DNA of 64,000 bases from Octopus sinensis (taxonomy: Eukaryota). The stretch covers positions 128,402,001-128,466,000 of the forward strand of contig NC_042999.1 in NCBI RefSeq assembly GCF_006345805.1, in the 5' to 3' direction. The position numbers and the translations under genes were made by a program. A model generated the notes under the pieces. It was given only the letters and a program-made list of their open reading frames with translations, was not told the DNA's origin and searched no databases. Shown here in pieces: positions 11,146 through 25,351 of this stretch (its first letter is position 1; every line of letters begins with the position of its first letter).

Positions 11146-13869
11146 ACAGAGTAATGTGAACTAATGTGGACTATAATTAAGATTGTGATCATTAAGTTCA
11201 TATACAAGGGAAGCTCTTTGTGGTTATTTGACCTGCTGAAAATAGCTGTCTAAATTCCTCTCAAATTACGTACAATCATTTTTAAAAGGGAGGATATGTT
11301 AGATAATATAGTCATGCGTACACTATGTCTGGTGGGAAAAGAATAAAGATGGGATGATCACAGCTTGAATGCCTTTGATCATAGTTCTGCTTGCTCAAAG
11401 CTGACCTGGGACCGAAAAATAACAATAACAATAAAATATGTCCATCTTTTAATTTTATTTAACAGTCATTAATTTTATGTTAGTATTGGTTGGGAAGGAA
11501 AAAACAACAACAACAACAACAACAATGAAAGCACTTCTGTTCTTTGGTCATTTTCTAATTATTGTTTTATCAGTTTTTTAATTCTTTGATTGTATTTGAC
11601 AATTCTTCTCATGTCAAGTGTTACTTGATTACTTTTGATCATAAATCTTTGATGTTGTCTATCAGTCAATGTCTTCCATAGATATACAAAGATGTTTTTG
11701 AAGAATGTGATTTATTTAACATGAAACAATGTCAAAAATTCATAGCATTATTCATAGGATGCAGTTATCATCTATAAAACTTCTGACCATCTTTCATGTA
11801 ACTACATCCATCCTGTAGTTACACTGCAAGCATTGATTTAAAAGTGTCTGTCTTACATACTGAATATTGTCACTGACATTACTGAGGTTATAATAAAGAT
11901 CTCTATATAATGAATATTATATTTTGTTGTAGTAATATATGTCAGTACTTTAATGAATCAGTCTGGTACACAACTGTAAAGAAAGTGGTTAGAAAATTAC
12001 CATCACTCTTTACATTTACTTTCTAATAAAGATATTGATTTGACTTGTCTGCAAGACAAATTCTCACAATTTCTTTTTCCTGATGCTGGCACCTTTATTA
12101 TTTGCTAGATATGTTAGGCCAGTGCTAAATATTTTGTTTCACTCAATTGTCTATGTCAATATTTTTATCTGAAAAAAATAATTTCATTAAAAAAATTTTT
12201 CCGTTTTGAAAAGAAGCCATGAAATAGTAGTTAAAATTTGTGTGGGAGTGTATGAGAAAAATAGCTTTGTTAATGTCTTATTTTATAATGTTGCATCCAA
12301 GTTATTGATTTAAGTGATGTATCATTTATGACCCACTCAAATCTAATAATGTATTATTATAGACTTAGTGGATTAAACAATTTAATGGCTGACTCCTTAA
12401 TGGTAGATGATTTACAGTTTGGAAAAAAAAAGAAGATTCAATCAATATATTGATATCAAACATTTCAATTTTAAATGATTCCATCCTCTTGCCAGTTATA
12501 TATGCACCATGCCTTTACGTCAGATTGTGCTGTTGTGGACACTAGTACGTCACAAAGGCTCTTGTCTGTTTATTGAAATGTGGGTGAGTGAATAAACTTA
12601 TTATAGGCTGTTGAATATCATAAAAGCACTGATGCTTCAGACTCCAGACTATTGTATACTATGGAGGAATTCATGTCAGACACTACATGACTAAAACACG
12701 TTATGGATATTTGTACATTAATAACAGCCATTTTCACTTCTTCTGCCTAAAAGCAGTTTAATTTGCTGAAAATAGCATCCATTTCCATTTCAAGATTAAA
12801 TGGTTGCTTCAATAATTCATTGACAAGTATCAAAAACAGGAATGATTCACTCATTTTGTTTTAGCTCAGACTGGAAGTGGTATGATTATTAAAAATAAAA
12901 GTCAAATAGCAAATTAGCCATATATACATGTATGTGACCCTATATGGTATTGAGTAAATGGTGAAGCCTATCTGGAGTCACCCAACCAGCTAAAAATAAT
13001 AGCAAACACTCCCTCAAGTTATATCATACTCTCTTAAAAAAGGAGCATTATAGAAAGTGTTATTTATAACATGATAATATTATACATCTTATTGTATTAT
13101 ATTGGTTTCAAATTTTGGCACAAGGTCATTTCAAGAATTACATCAATCCCAGTGCTCAACTGGTACTTGTTTTATTGACTCGAAAAAGATAAAAAGCAAA
13201 GATGACGTTGGCAGAATTTGATCTGAGAATATAAAGATGAACAAAATGCCCCTCAGCATTTTGCCTGGCATGCTAATGATTCTGCCAGCTCGCTGCCTGG
13301 CCTTATTGTATAATATCAAAATATAATAAGGTAATATAATAATCTTATAATATGATATAATAAGATGTGATATGAAAGGGATAAGTGCAATATGCCTCTT
13401 TCAAATATAAGCACTTGAGAGGGGTATGCCTACACCTACTCCTCTCTGACCATATTTTATATTATTGTATTATTATCATTATTTTAATGTTTTTTCTATG
13501 ATTGCTTGTTTATGCCTGTGTATATAAGTGTATAAACATATATGTATGTGTAGATGTGTATGTATATATGTGTATATATATACATGCACATATATACATG
13601 TAAACTTCCTAGACATCATGTTAGACTTCGGCTTCAGTTCATTCAGCCCTACTGCAAACCAAACAAGAGGTTGTCCTATATCAGCACAGCCTCCTGCCAC
13701 CCACGTATTATGTTCAGGATCCTAGTGATGGATGTCAGCAAAAGGATCTCGTACTTGTCCTCAAATCAGGAAATTTTTGATGACCCCTCTATTAAAACAA
13801 GGCCTACAAGGTCAACCACACAGTATAGTAGGGTCAGATGGGCACCATCTGTAAGTAAAACAGTACCAT

Positions 13870-14519
13870 GACACAAATCTGCCAGAAATTTGGAAACAAC
13901 ATGCTGTACTGCTTGGCATTCATGCCAGAGGCTTCTATACGGACATTTCAGAGTGTTTGAGTATCAATCTGAGAACAGTGCGATCTGAGGACATGTACTG
14001 AGAGTGATAAAAATCAAACATCCAGTTAACATCGTTATGTTCGGAGTGATCACCAGTGATAGCGACGTTATGCCTCCATTCATCTTCCCACATGGTCTCA
14101 GACTCAACACAGAGGCCTACATCAAGTGCCTGGAGGTGGTAGTGCTGCCTTCGGTGAAGAGGATGGCTGCTGGAAGACCTTATGTCTAGCAACAGGACTC
14201 TGCACCATGCCACACAAGCAGGAGAACCTAGTCATGGCTGTCAGATCATTTCTGCGACCACATCACCCCTAACATCTGGCCACCTAACTCCCCAGACTGC
14301 AACCCCTTGATTATTATGTGTGAAGCCCAGTTGAGTGAGAGACCAACAAAATTCTTTGTAACAACAAAGATGAACTGAAGGCAAGGATTATGACAGCATT
14401 CACCAACTTAAACAAGGAGACCATCCAGAAGAGTCGTAGGAAATTCCAAAGTAGTCTGGAGGCTGTGGTTGAAGCCAATGGCAGTTTTATTCAATAAATT
14501 TCCTCTTTAGTATTTCAAG
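13870..14519 (+). mobile_element. Tc1/mariner transposase pseudogene (DD37D/maT-like), internally deleted
   Basis: KHPVNIVMFGVITSDSDVMPPFIF...GRPYV*QQDSAPCHTS...IWPPNSPDCNP(LDY)...LEAVVEANG, with stops and frameshifts. Confidence 0.85.
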
Positions 14520-14544
14520 ATGGGTTGGATGGTTTGACTGGGCT

Positions 14545-16004
14545 GATGTCAACAAGGGTCACAGCCCTGATGGCATACACCCACGGGTTATCAAAACGTT
14601 GGCTCCGGTCATCTGTGAGCCCTTAACATGTCTATTCAATATGTCATTGGCGACGGGTGTTATACCTGCGGACTGGAGAACAGTGATAATCTGCCCAATT
14701 TTCAAGAAAGGGAGCCGCGAAGACCCGCTTAACTACTGACCGGTTTCCCTTACATCAATAATCAGCAAGATATTCGAAACCATCCTTAAGAAAAGTATGA
14801 TGCTCCACCTCCAAAACACAGCCTCTATCTCTGATTCCCAACTCGGCTTCGTGCCGAAGAGATAATGGAAGAATTGGTGACGCGCATCCTCGATGATAGT
14901 GATGCTTTTGACATCGTTTTATTGGACTTTGCCAAAGCTTTTGATTCAGTAAACCACCGCCAATTACTTGTCAAGCTTCAAGCATATAGTTTTCATCTGG
15001 ATATTGTACGATGGGTTGGTGCCTTCCTCTCAGACCGCTCCTTCCAAGTCCAAGTTAATGGTTCGCGGTCCGACGTCTCCAGTGCGAGCAGTGGCATACC
15101 TCAAGGTTCAGTGCTTGGGGCCTTATTGTTCTTAGTCTTCATAAATGACTTGCCTGACGACTTCATGCAACACACCCTTCTATTTGCCGACGATGTCAAA
15201 CTGGTCGCTCCTCGCGTTGATATAGAGGATCTTTGTTGCTGTCATCTGCCTGTTGGCTCTCCTCCTGCAACTCAACTTGATTTCGAGCCGGGTCGTCTGC
15301 TGCTGGAGAGGACCAATCAGGTAAAGGACCTGGGTATCTTGGTGGATTCCTCCTTTTCGCCTTCGGCCCAGTGCGTCCATGCTGCCAATAAAGCACGCAG
15401 AATTCTGTTCTTGATTTGATGGTCATTCGGAATGCTCATAGCAGCCATATTCCTACCACTCTATGTCACGCTGGTGAGACCCATATTAGAGTACGGGATT
15501 CAAGCCTCTTCTCCTTATCTCCTCAAAGACATACAGCATCTCGAAAGAGTCCAGAAGCTGGCTACCTGCATGGTTCTTGGTCTCAAGAATTTGTCTTATG
15601 AAGAAAGGCTGAAGACGCTCGACCTTTATTCTCTAGAAAAATGACGACGCCTTGGAGATCTCATTCTTGCTCACAACATCATAAGCGGAAAGTGTAACCT
15701 CTCGAAAGAGCTGTTCTTCACTCCTGCTCCAGAGCGTCGGCTGCAGGGTCATTTCAAAAAGCTCTATCTACGATGATTTCATCTTAATTGAAGGAGAGGG
15801 GCTTTCTCCGTCCAGGTTGCGGATCCATGGAATAAGCTGCCAGACGAGATGGTGAAGATGCTGACGACTGCTCGGTTCAAAGTCTCCCTTGACCTCAAGT
15901 GGCCTGAACTCTTTACATGAACACCACCCTGTACATAACTCCATGTCCCGCTACATGGCCTTGCTTTTTGCTTTTTGAGCCAAAAAATTAACTAACTAAC
16001 TAAC
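14545..16004 (+). mobile_element. CR1-like LINE, 5'-truncated RT region, pseudogenised
   Basis: PDGIHPRVIK...DWR...PIFKKG...NY*PVSLTS, LDFAKAFDSVNH, GIPQGSVLG.LLFLVFINDL, LFADDVKL. Ends in an (AACT)n tail. Confidence 0.9.
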
Positions 16005-17473
16005 AAGCTGGAAGGCTGCACCAGACCCTAGTCTGTTTTGGCATGGTTTCTATGGCTAGATACCCTTCCTAACGCCAACCACTCCAAGATTGTAATGGGT
16101 GCCTTTATGAGCCACCGGCATGGGTAGCATTTGTATGACACCGGTATCTGTCACGACTGCAGTTTTACTTGGCTTGATGCATCTTCTCAAGCACAGCATA
16201 ATGTCAAATGGACTTGGTCATTGCCTCCATGAGGCCCAACATAAGTGCATGTATATATGTGTGTGTGTGTGTGAGAGAGAGAGAGAGTGAGAAAGAGAGA
16301 GAGAGGGGGAAAGGGAGAGTGAGAGAGAGAAAAAGGAGAGGGGAAAGAGAGAGATAACATTGATTCCTTATATTCTGTTTTGATCATAATTTAAGATTTA
16401 TAAGAGAAAGTTGTTTCCACTCTTTAATCAGTTTTCTAATGTTTATTGCATATTAAAGTTAGTATTTCTGTTTTGTAATTTTTTTTCCAATTTCTATTAT
16501 TTGAGTGTAGAATACTGAAAGTAGTGACTTGAATGTACAATATATTTTTTAATGATAGATTGTCTTATTCTGGGTATTCGTTGTTTCCTTATAATTAAAT
16601 TGTGATTTTTAAAATGAAATATATTTTGCTAAGCATTATAAATGAGTGTCTGACACTGAAAACCTTTTATGGCAAGTCTTTTAAAGTATGTTTAATAATA
16701 ATTTATATGATTCATAAAAATTTCCAAGAAGTTACAGAACTCGTAACAACAGTATATCAATTATTGTCATAGAATTTTGCAGAAATTCTTACTCTTCATA
16801 TCTGAGAAATATGAAAAAGTACGATAAGTGAATCTAATCACATTTTCTTGCCTAAGATATTTGTTTGAAGTAGCCAAGTATTCAGAAACTAGGGCAAAAG
16901 AAGTGATTGATAATGTACGGAGCAAATATTATCAAGTAAAGAATCAGTGCTTCTCTTTCAAATATAAGTTTGAGAAATTCTGTTTAAAGAAAGAAAGAAA
17001 ATAATTCTTTTTCAAACCTATATTTTAAATACCATTCTATTTAACATCATGAATGTGAAGAAATACGCTTCTAATACAAAAATTCTTAATATACTTTTAT
17101 TCCTATTACAGAAAATGTCTTTCCTGGTCTAATTAAACTACAGAACTATACATTAATTCCTACTCAAACTATTCTCTTTCATCAAATCTATAAATATTAA
17201 ATCAAGTATAAATGGGAAAATATTCTAAATGATAGAAAAAAAATCAACCAATTTCTAATAAATTTAGCATTTCAACATTCACTCATAAGCATTTTGATTA
17301 ATTCTTTTGGCTTTTCTTGTAAGTATAACAAGAGAGCATCAGTACATTATCCAAATCACAGATTGTAAACTATTACAGGACTACAAATGGGATATTCATC
17401 AACTAGTAGCCTAACATCATTCCTACAGATCCACTGAAAAAAAAGCATTCAATAAAGATAAACAGATAATTAG

Positions 17474-17500
17474 ACAGACAGACAGACAGATAGATAGATT

Positions 17501-17541
<41 letters not shown>

Positions 17542-17549
17542 GTATGTAG

Positions 17550-17614
<65 letters not shown>
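17474..17614. repeat. Compound microsatellite (GACA)n-(GATA)n-(GA)n-(GACA)n
   Basis: Directly visible. Confidence 0.95.
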
Positions 17615-17618
<4 letters not shown>

Positions 17619-18819
17619 TAGTTATTTTTATTAAAAAGTTTTGGTCTAGAAATTTTTTTAGATCTCAATTTTACTTTAACTATCTGTCTTTTCCATGTCA
17701 CCAACTTTAGTTCTCTTCTGTGAAATGACAAATGTTAAGCTTTGAAGATGGTTATCATTGCTCAGTCTCATAACAAGCATGATTGAGCAGACCAATAATA
17801 ATTAAATGCATGACCATTCTATCTTATTTTCAGGTATAATGCATCTAGGAATATATTATTCGGTATGTTGACCTGTTTTTAAGATGGTAAAATGTAATTT
17901 GATGGAGCTTTAGCCACCATTTTTAGCAGCTCAAATGTCTATGTAGAGCAGACATGGGGAACTTTTTAAGCACTAAGAGTGAACTGCAATAGTATAAAGC
18001 ATAAAAAAATAGTGAGTAGGGGTTCTTCTGTGTTGAGTAAAACATTGAATCATTAATTTTATGCTTTCATAGATATACAATTTGATTGTAATCCATTCGG
18101 TCTGAATGGAATGGAATACACATGAATAAATATGTGTAGTATGTTTGTAGTGGTGTACAGATTCTATATATTAATAAATATATTCAATAATCCACAATTT
18201 TTGAAAAATTCCAAAAGGAATGAAAGTGCTAGAAGAACATATAACAATTCTTTCTACTATAGGCACAAGGCCAGAAATTTTGTGGGGAAGATCTAGTCAA
18301 TTACATTGACCCCAGTACTTCACTGGTATTTTTTTCAAGGCCAATATGCACTTGACTGGTATTTATCAACCCTGAAAGGATGAAAGGCAAAATCAACCTT
18401 GGTGGAATTTGAACTCAGAACATAAAGACAGAAGAAATGCTAGGTAATTGTTTCCCCATCCTCAAGTAGCAGTTTCCTTATTACTCAGGTAGTTCCCTTA
18501 ATAGAAAGAGTTAGCATAATATTGTGTTGAGTAAAAAATCTTGCAATATTGTAGGAATTTAGTTGATTTATTCATAAAGTTGCAGCAAAAGCAGCCTAGA
18601 ATTTAAAGTAGAGACCATCATCTGAAGCCACCTTTCTGTCAGTTTTTTGATCCAGTTCTTGATACCAGTTCTTATCCTTCAAGGTGAAGAACTCCTTCAC
18701 TGGAGCTTCCACCACTTCAGTATAGGAAGTGAGTCATGAAACAGAACAAGTAATAATCTGAGGGAGATATATTTCCACAGTTCTAACATGCACGAGCAGT
18801 ACTTAAACAAGAGCCAGCT

Positions 18820-19095
18820 TCCGGAATCTATCACCAAACATTGGCATTTTGAACACAAAGTGATGTACTGTGTCTGATGGAATTATAAAGGCATAATTCA
18901 CTATAAGTTCGTTCCAGGCAGTTGAACCATCGTTGTCAGCCTGTACTCTGAACAGCTGGAGCAGATGTATGCCATTTTGTGGCAAACATACTCAAAATTG
19001 GTTAACAGAAAGTGAGCTCTTCTGCAACACGACAATGCAAGATCTCATCCTACTCAAACAATCCAGAATAAACTCCAGGAAACTGCAACGATAAT
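18820..19095 (+). mobile_element. Mariner (Mos1-like) transposase fragment
   Basis: HKVMYCV*WNYKGIIHYKFVP...LYSEQLEQMYAIL...LVNRK*ALLQHDNARSH, with frameshifts. Confidence 0.75.
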
Positions 19096-19272
19096 CTGAA
19101 ACTCAACTGACGATAGAAAGCTCTGAATGACTCGTCCTTGTTTTTTCCTGTCCTTTTTTCTATCATCTAACTGTCCGAATGTTTTGTTGTCGTCTGTTAC
19201 ATTCATGTTCCATTGTTTTGTCTTCTTTATATATATATATATATCATCATCATCATCGTTAACGTCCGTTCT

Positions 19273-19312
<40 letters not shown>

Positions 19313-19418
19313 ACACAGACACACACACGCATACATGCACATATATATATATATATACACACATATATCTACATCTGTAGCTATCTATCCATATGTGTAT
19401 GTATATATATATATATAT

Positions 19419-19455
<37 letters not shown>

Positions 19456-20640
19456 GTTGTTATTGTCTTGTTGATTGTTCCTTCTTGAGCCATGCCTGGC
19501 TCATAAGGGCTGGTTTCCCAGTTTCATTGGTGTATAGGTTTCCCACCTGGACAGGATGCCAGTCCATTACAGGTGAGCTGCTAAATGCAGGATGAAAGAG
19601 TGAGAGAAAGTTGTGGCAAAAGAGTCAGCAGAAGTTCGCCATTACCTTCTGCCGGAGCTGCATGGAGCATAAGTTGCTTCGCTCATAAATACACACTTCA
19701 CCCAGTCTGAGATCCAAACCCACGATCCCTTGGCCGCGAGTTTGCTGCTCTAACCACTAAGCCATGTACCCCCACACGCACACACATATATATATACGTA
19801 CACACGTTCATATACATACACACATCATCAGCATCATTGTCATTTAATGTCTATGCTTCATGCTGATGTAGGTTGGATGGTATAACAGGCCCAGTTGGGC
19901 TGAAGGGCTGCAATGTGCTCTAGTATCTGTTAGGCATAGTTTGTATAACTGGATGCCCTTCCTAATGCCAGTTGCCTTACAGTGTGTGCTGAGTGCTTTT
20001 TCTATGCTGCCAGTACTAGTGAGGTTGCTATGCAGCTTGCAAGACTATGAACATAGAGTGGAACATAGAGAGGGAAGTGGGAACTTTTTGTTAGGAGATT
20101 AAGGAGCAGAGAGGGGTAAAGTATGAGAGAAAATGGCCAAAATAGAAAAAGTTTTTTGCAGAAGTGGAACTGCAAGAATATTAACCTTTTAGAAGAGAGG
20201 GTAGGAGTGCAGTATAGAGCTGGAAATTGAAGATGAGATGCTGGGTTGGGCCTCCAAGATACAAGATGGGTTAGGAATAAGTGGGGCAGGGGTGCCAAGA
20301 AGGAGTGGGAGGAGTGGAGGATGTCTGATGGTGGGGTAGCAGAATAGAAATGATGATGCATATTCTTTTTATTTTCACTTGTTTCAGTCATTAGACTGTG
20401 GCCTTGCTGGAGCACAGCCTTGAAGAATTTTAGTTAAACCCCAGTACTTATTTTCTTTTTAAGCCTGTTACTTATTCTGTCATTCTCCTTCACCAAACTG
20501 CTAAGTTATGGGGATGTAAACACACCAACACCAGTTATCACAAACACACATACATACATACATACATACATACATACATACATACATACATACATACATA
20601 CATACATACAATACATACATACATACACACATGCATATAT

Positions 20641-20800
20641 ATATGTATATATATAGCTGAAATTTACAGAAAAACAAAAGACAAAGACATGTGTATAAAC
20701 AACAGGCTGGTGTATTAGTTTGATGCCTGGAAAGGTAAGAAAGACTTTTACATTTTGAGCCGATGCTCTTCAACAGAAAGGAACACAGCGAAATAAGCAG
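20641..20800 (-). mobile_element. Putative Penelope-associated repeat end (second partial copy at 26350-26400, + strand)
   Basis: Minus strand ttcctttctgttgaagagcatcggctcaaaatg...caccagcctgttgtttatacacatgtctttgtcttttgtttttctgtaaa, then (TA)n. The family assignment is an inference. Confidence 0.35.
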
Positions 20801-21063
20801 AGAGAGAAGAAAAAATTTTTGGAGTTAGTGGTCAGTTATGGTGACTGGCTGGATGAAGGTAGTTATATATATATATACACAACAGCTTTGTTTCAGTTTC
20901 TGTTTACCGAATTCGCTCAAGGCTTTGATTGGCCTGAGACTATTGTAGACGAGACTTACCAAAGGAAAGCAAACTTCTTACCGCACAACCATGTCTGTGC
21001 GAATCTATGCTTGCATAATGAAGCTGACCCTTCCACTGATCAGCAAGATTGATCCCCTCCACC

Positions 21064-21109
<46 letters not shown>

Positions 21110-21479
21110 GTCTATCAAATCCACTCACAAGGCTTTGGTTGGCTCAAGGCTATAGTAGAAAACACTTGCCCATGGTGCCTCACAGTGGGTTTGAACTTGG
21201 AACCATGTAGATAGGAAGCAAACTTCTTAACATCCAGCTATGTTTGTACCTGTTAATTTAAGATTTATGTTTTAAAGAAATTTATGAACAACAACAGAAT
21301 ATTTATGGATGCAAAGTCTCATTCCTAACTGTAGACACAAATTTCTTGAATGGGGTTATTCGGCCAAATCATTTGGACTAGCTGAATAATCTGTCAGGCA
21401 GTCCCTTGTCCCAGTCAAAATACATCTTATGATACATGCATGCATACATACATGTATACATATATATATATATATATAT

Positions 21480-22018
21480 AACATAAGGGACTAAAGCCAT
21501 CTGAATATGGCTAGGGACAGGGCAGGGTGGTGGGGGTGTTACTGTTGCATTTAGCCCCAGGCGAACATCGACGTCACCAGATAGGCCCGACACCGTCACG
21601 GTGTCCTCTAACCTGCAAAGGGAGGTAATTCCCCGATGAAGTGGAAACCACACACGGACCATGGTTTCAAGGTGTATTGCCTATCATCGGCGTGTGGTAG
21701 GCTTCCGCTTCCTCGACAAACTCTCTCTCTGCAGGATATTCATATATAGATTTTCAAGCAAAATACATTTGCTGATTTCGAAAATCTGTTCGAAAGCAAT
21801 AATAATTCTCTAAAAGAGATATAGACAGTAACTGCTCGATAACATAAGGGACTAAAGCCATCTGAATATGGCTAGGGACAGGGCAGGGTGATGTTCGCCT
21901 GGGGCTAAATGCAACAGTAACACCCCCACCACCCTGCCCTGTCCCTAGCCATATTCAGATGGCTTTAGTCCCTTATGTTATCGAGCAGTTACTGTCTATA
22001 TCTCTTTTAGAGAATTAT

Positions 22019-22022
<4 letters not shown>
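21480..22022. repeat. Perfect overlapping inverted-repeat (foldback) structure
   Basis: 21798-21890 is the exact reverse complement of 21930-22022 (93 bp), and 21480-21569 is the exact reverse complement of 21890-21979 (90 bp). Confidence 0.9.
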
Positions 22023-22618
<596 letters not shown>

Positions 22619-23145
22619 GATGAAAAATAATGATGAGAGACAAACGATAGCTTACTAAAATATATTCTGTTGTAAAATTAATATGTGCACAAAATCATGT
22701 GCTAAAAATATATACATATATATAAATACACTTAAAAGTATATTAAAAATACATTAAGAATATATAGATAAAAAATATATAAATATGCTAAGAATGTATT
22801 GAGAACATATAATATATATAGTCCTACTTATAATAAAAACGGTGTTAAAATTATATATGCACAGGATGAGTGAAGTATAGAGAATATTGTAAATCCATAA
22901 AGATGTTTATAGCTCGTTAAAACCTGACGGCCGTTTCTGGGGGCATTGTGGTACAAAGATGTAATAGAATTTAAGTTCCATTAATTTAATATCACTGCCT
23001 CCTTCTTCAGGGAATTTTCCAAATTCCCTGAAGGCTACATTTGTCATGCACTATAGTGAAATTCAATGTTCACAGCCTTTATAAAGAAATATACTTATTA
23101 TTATGGTGGGTGGATGTTAGGTATGTAATTTTTATTTATTTATTT

Positions 23146-23726
23146 ATGAGTGGCTGTGTGGTAAGTAGCTTGCTTACGAACCACATGGTTCCGGGTTCAG
23201 TCCCATTGCATGGCACCGTGGGCAAATGTCTTCTACTATAGCCTCAGGCCAACCAAAGCCTTGTGAGTGGATTTGGTAGACGGAAACTGAAAGAAGCCCA
23301 TCATATATATGTATATACATAATTATAATAATAAGGGTTTTTTGCAACAAGTTGCTTAAACCACATACCGAAAATATTAGAAATAGCAGTCAAAGGACTA
23401 CTATTTCGTTTACTACAAAAATAGGTCTCCACAGACAACAATATTTTATCCGAAGACTGTATGATTTCGTTGTTTTTCTTCTTTTTTTGCCATAAGTGAG
23501 TCACAAATATTGTTGTCTGTGGAGACCTATTTTTGTAGTAAACGATATAGTTGTCCTTTGACTTACTATTTCTAATATTTTCGGTATTTGGTTTAAGCAA
23601 CTTGTTGCAAAAAACCCTTATTATTATAATTATATAATTTTTTACCGAATATGGTCCTTTTCCATACCAAAATACTACTAGGTGAAATTTGTTGATTTTA
23701 TTAAATTAATTATATTTCACCCTTTA

Positions 23727-23775
<49 letters not shown>

Positions 23776-23996
23776 GTGTGTATACGTTTGTGTGTCTGTG
23801 TTTGTCCCCCCAACATCACTTGACAACCGATGCTGGTGTGTTTACGTCCCCGTAACTTAGCGGTTCAGCAAAAGTGACCGATAGAATAAGTACTGGGCTT
23901 ACAAAGAATAAGTCCTGGGGTTGATTTGCTCGACTAAAGGTGGTGCTCCAGCATGGCCAAAATCAATTGACTGAAACAAGTAAAAGAGTAAAAGAG
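23146..23996 (+). mobile_element. SINE family A split at its central microsatellite by about 450 bp of foreign sequence
   Basis: Head at 23146-23303 and tail at 23770-23996, same strand and order as 4232-4623. Confidence 0.8.
23319..23633. repeat. Long palindrome, about 128-bp arms with a 58-bp spacer
   Basis: 23319-23446 pairs with 23505-23633 with about 4 substitutions and 1 indel. Confidence 0.9.
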
Positions 23997-24489
23997 TAGC
24001 AAGACAGGAAAATATACTACTATTGAAATAAAGCAATTAATAATGTACTGTTCTGTATATTTCTTTTTAAATATTTTTATAATTTGTATATATTTATTTT
24101 ATCATAACTGCAAAACAACACCATGAAGGAACTGATGTAAGCTTAAATAATAAACCACAAATTTTTACCTATTGCAGGTGGGGTTTTGGAATGTAGCACC
24201 TGTGATAGTCAAGGGAATACTGTATATTGTATGTTCTTAATATATTCTTAGCATATTTATATATTTATGTCTATATATTTTTAATATATTTTTAAGTATT
24301 ATATATATCTATATATTTTTAGTACATGATTTTGTGTACATAATAATTTTACAACAGAATATATTTTAGAAACCTATCTTTGTCTCTCATCATTATTTTT
24401 CCTATTTTCCAATGGTTCAAATATACTGAGCACTTTGCTGTGTCCTATATAGAGAGAAAATTTTATCTCTTCAAAATAAATTATATATA

Positions 24490-24572
<83 letters not shown>

Positions 24573-24696
24573 TACATATACACACATACACCCACATATA
24601 CATAAATATGTGTGTATATTTATGTATATATATATACATATACATACACCCACATATACATAAATATGTGTGTATATTTATGTATATATGTATATT

Positions 24697-24729
<33 letters not shown>

Positions 24730-25051
24730 GTATTAAGGTATGCAAACAAGAGAAAGTGATTATTCAGTGAATAATGTTCGTTCCTTTGTTTACCATTACA
24801 TTTCTCTGTATCAATTCTATGAATTTCTTGTGCTTCCAAGTTGATGGAGAATTTTTTTATTTATTTACTTTTTTTCTAGTTCATACTCATCATACCACTA
24901 ACTATTCAATCATGAAGTTTGAATGTAAACTGATGTTTGTCAGTCAAACTTACTGGTGCAAGTAGCTTTATGCACTTTATACAGCATAACATAATGTCAG
25001 CAGTGTCTTTCTCTCTCTCTCTCTCTCTCTACATGTGTATATATGTGTGTC

Positions 25052-25102
<51 letters not shown>

Positions 25103-25120
25103 ATGTATGTATATACATAC

Positions 25121-25153
<33 letters not shown>

Positions 25154-25351
25154 ATATATATATGTATGTATATATCGTCATCATCATCATCATCGTTTAA
25201 TGTCTGTTGCCCATGCTGGCATGAGTTGGACAGTTTGACCAGAGCTGGCAAGCTGGGGAGCTGTACCAGGCTCCAGTCTGATCTGGCATAGTTTCTATGG
25301 CTAGATACCCTTCCTAATGCCAACCAATTTACAGAGTGTGCTGGATGCTTT

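Noticed and set aside
16855-17005. Stop-free + strand stretch RYLFEVAKYSETRAKEVIDNVRSKYYQ...
   Set aside because: About 50 codons, no start codon, weak splice sites and no recognised homology; within chance expectation.
17833-17862. Apparent + strand mini-exon (ttttcAG...tcg|GTATGT)
   Set aside because: It lies within a dispersed repeat family also seen near 1665-1895 and 11200-11435.
20050-20360. Purine-rich stretch that might be further Penelope sequence
   Set aside because: No diagnostic motif could be read in any frame.
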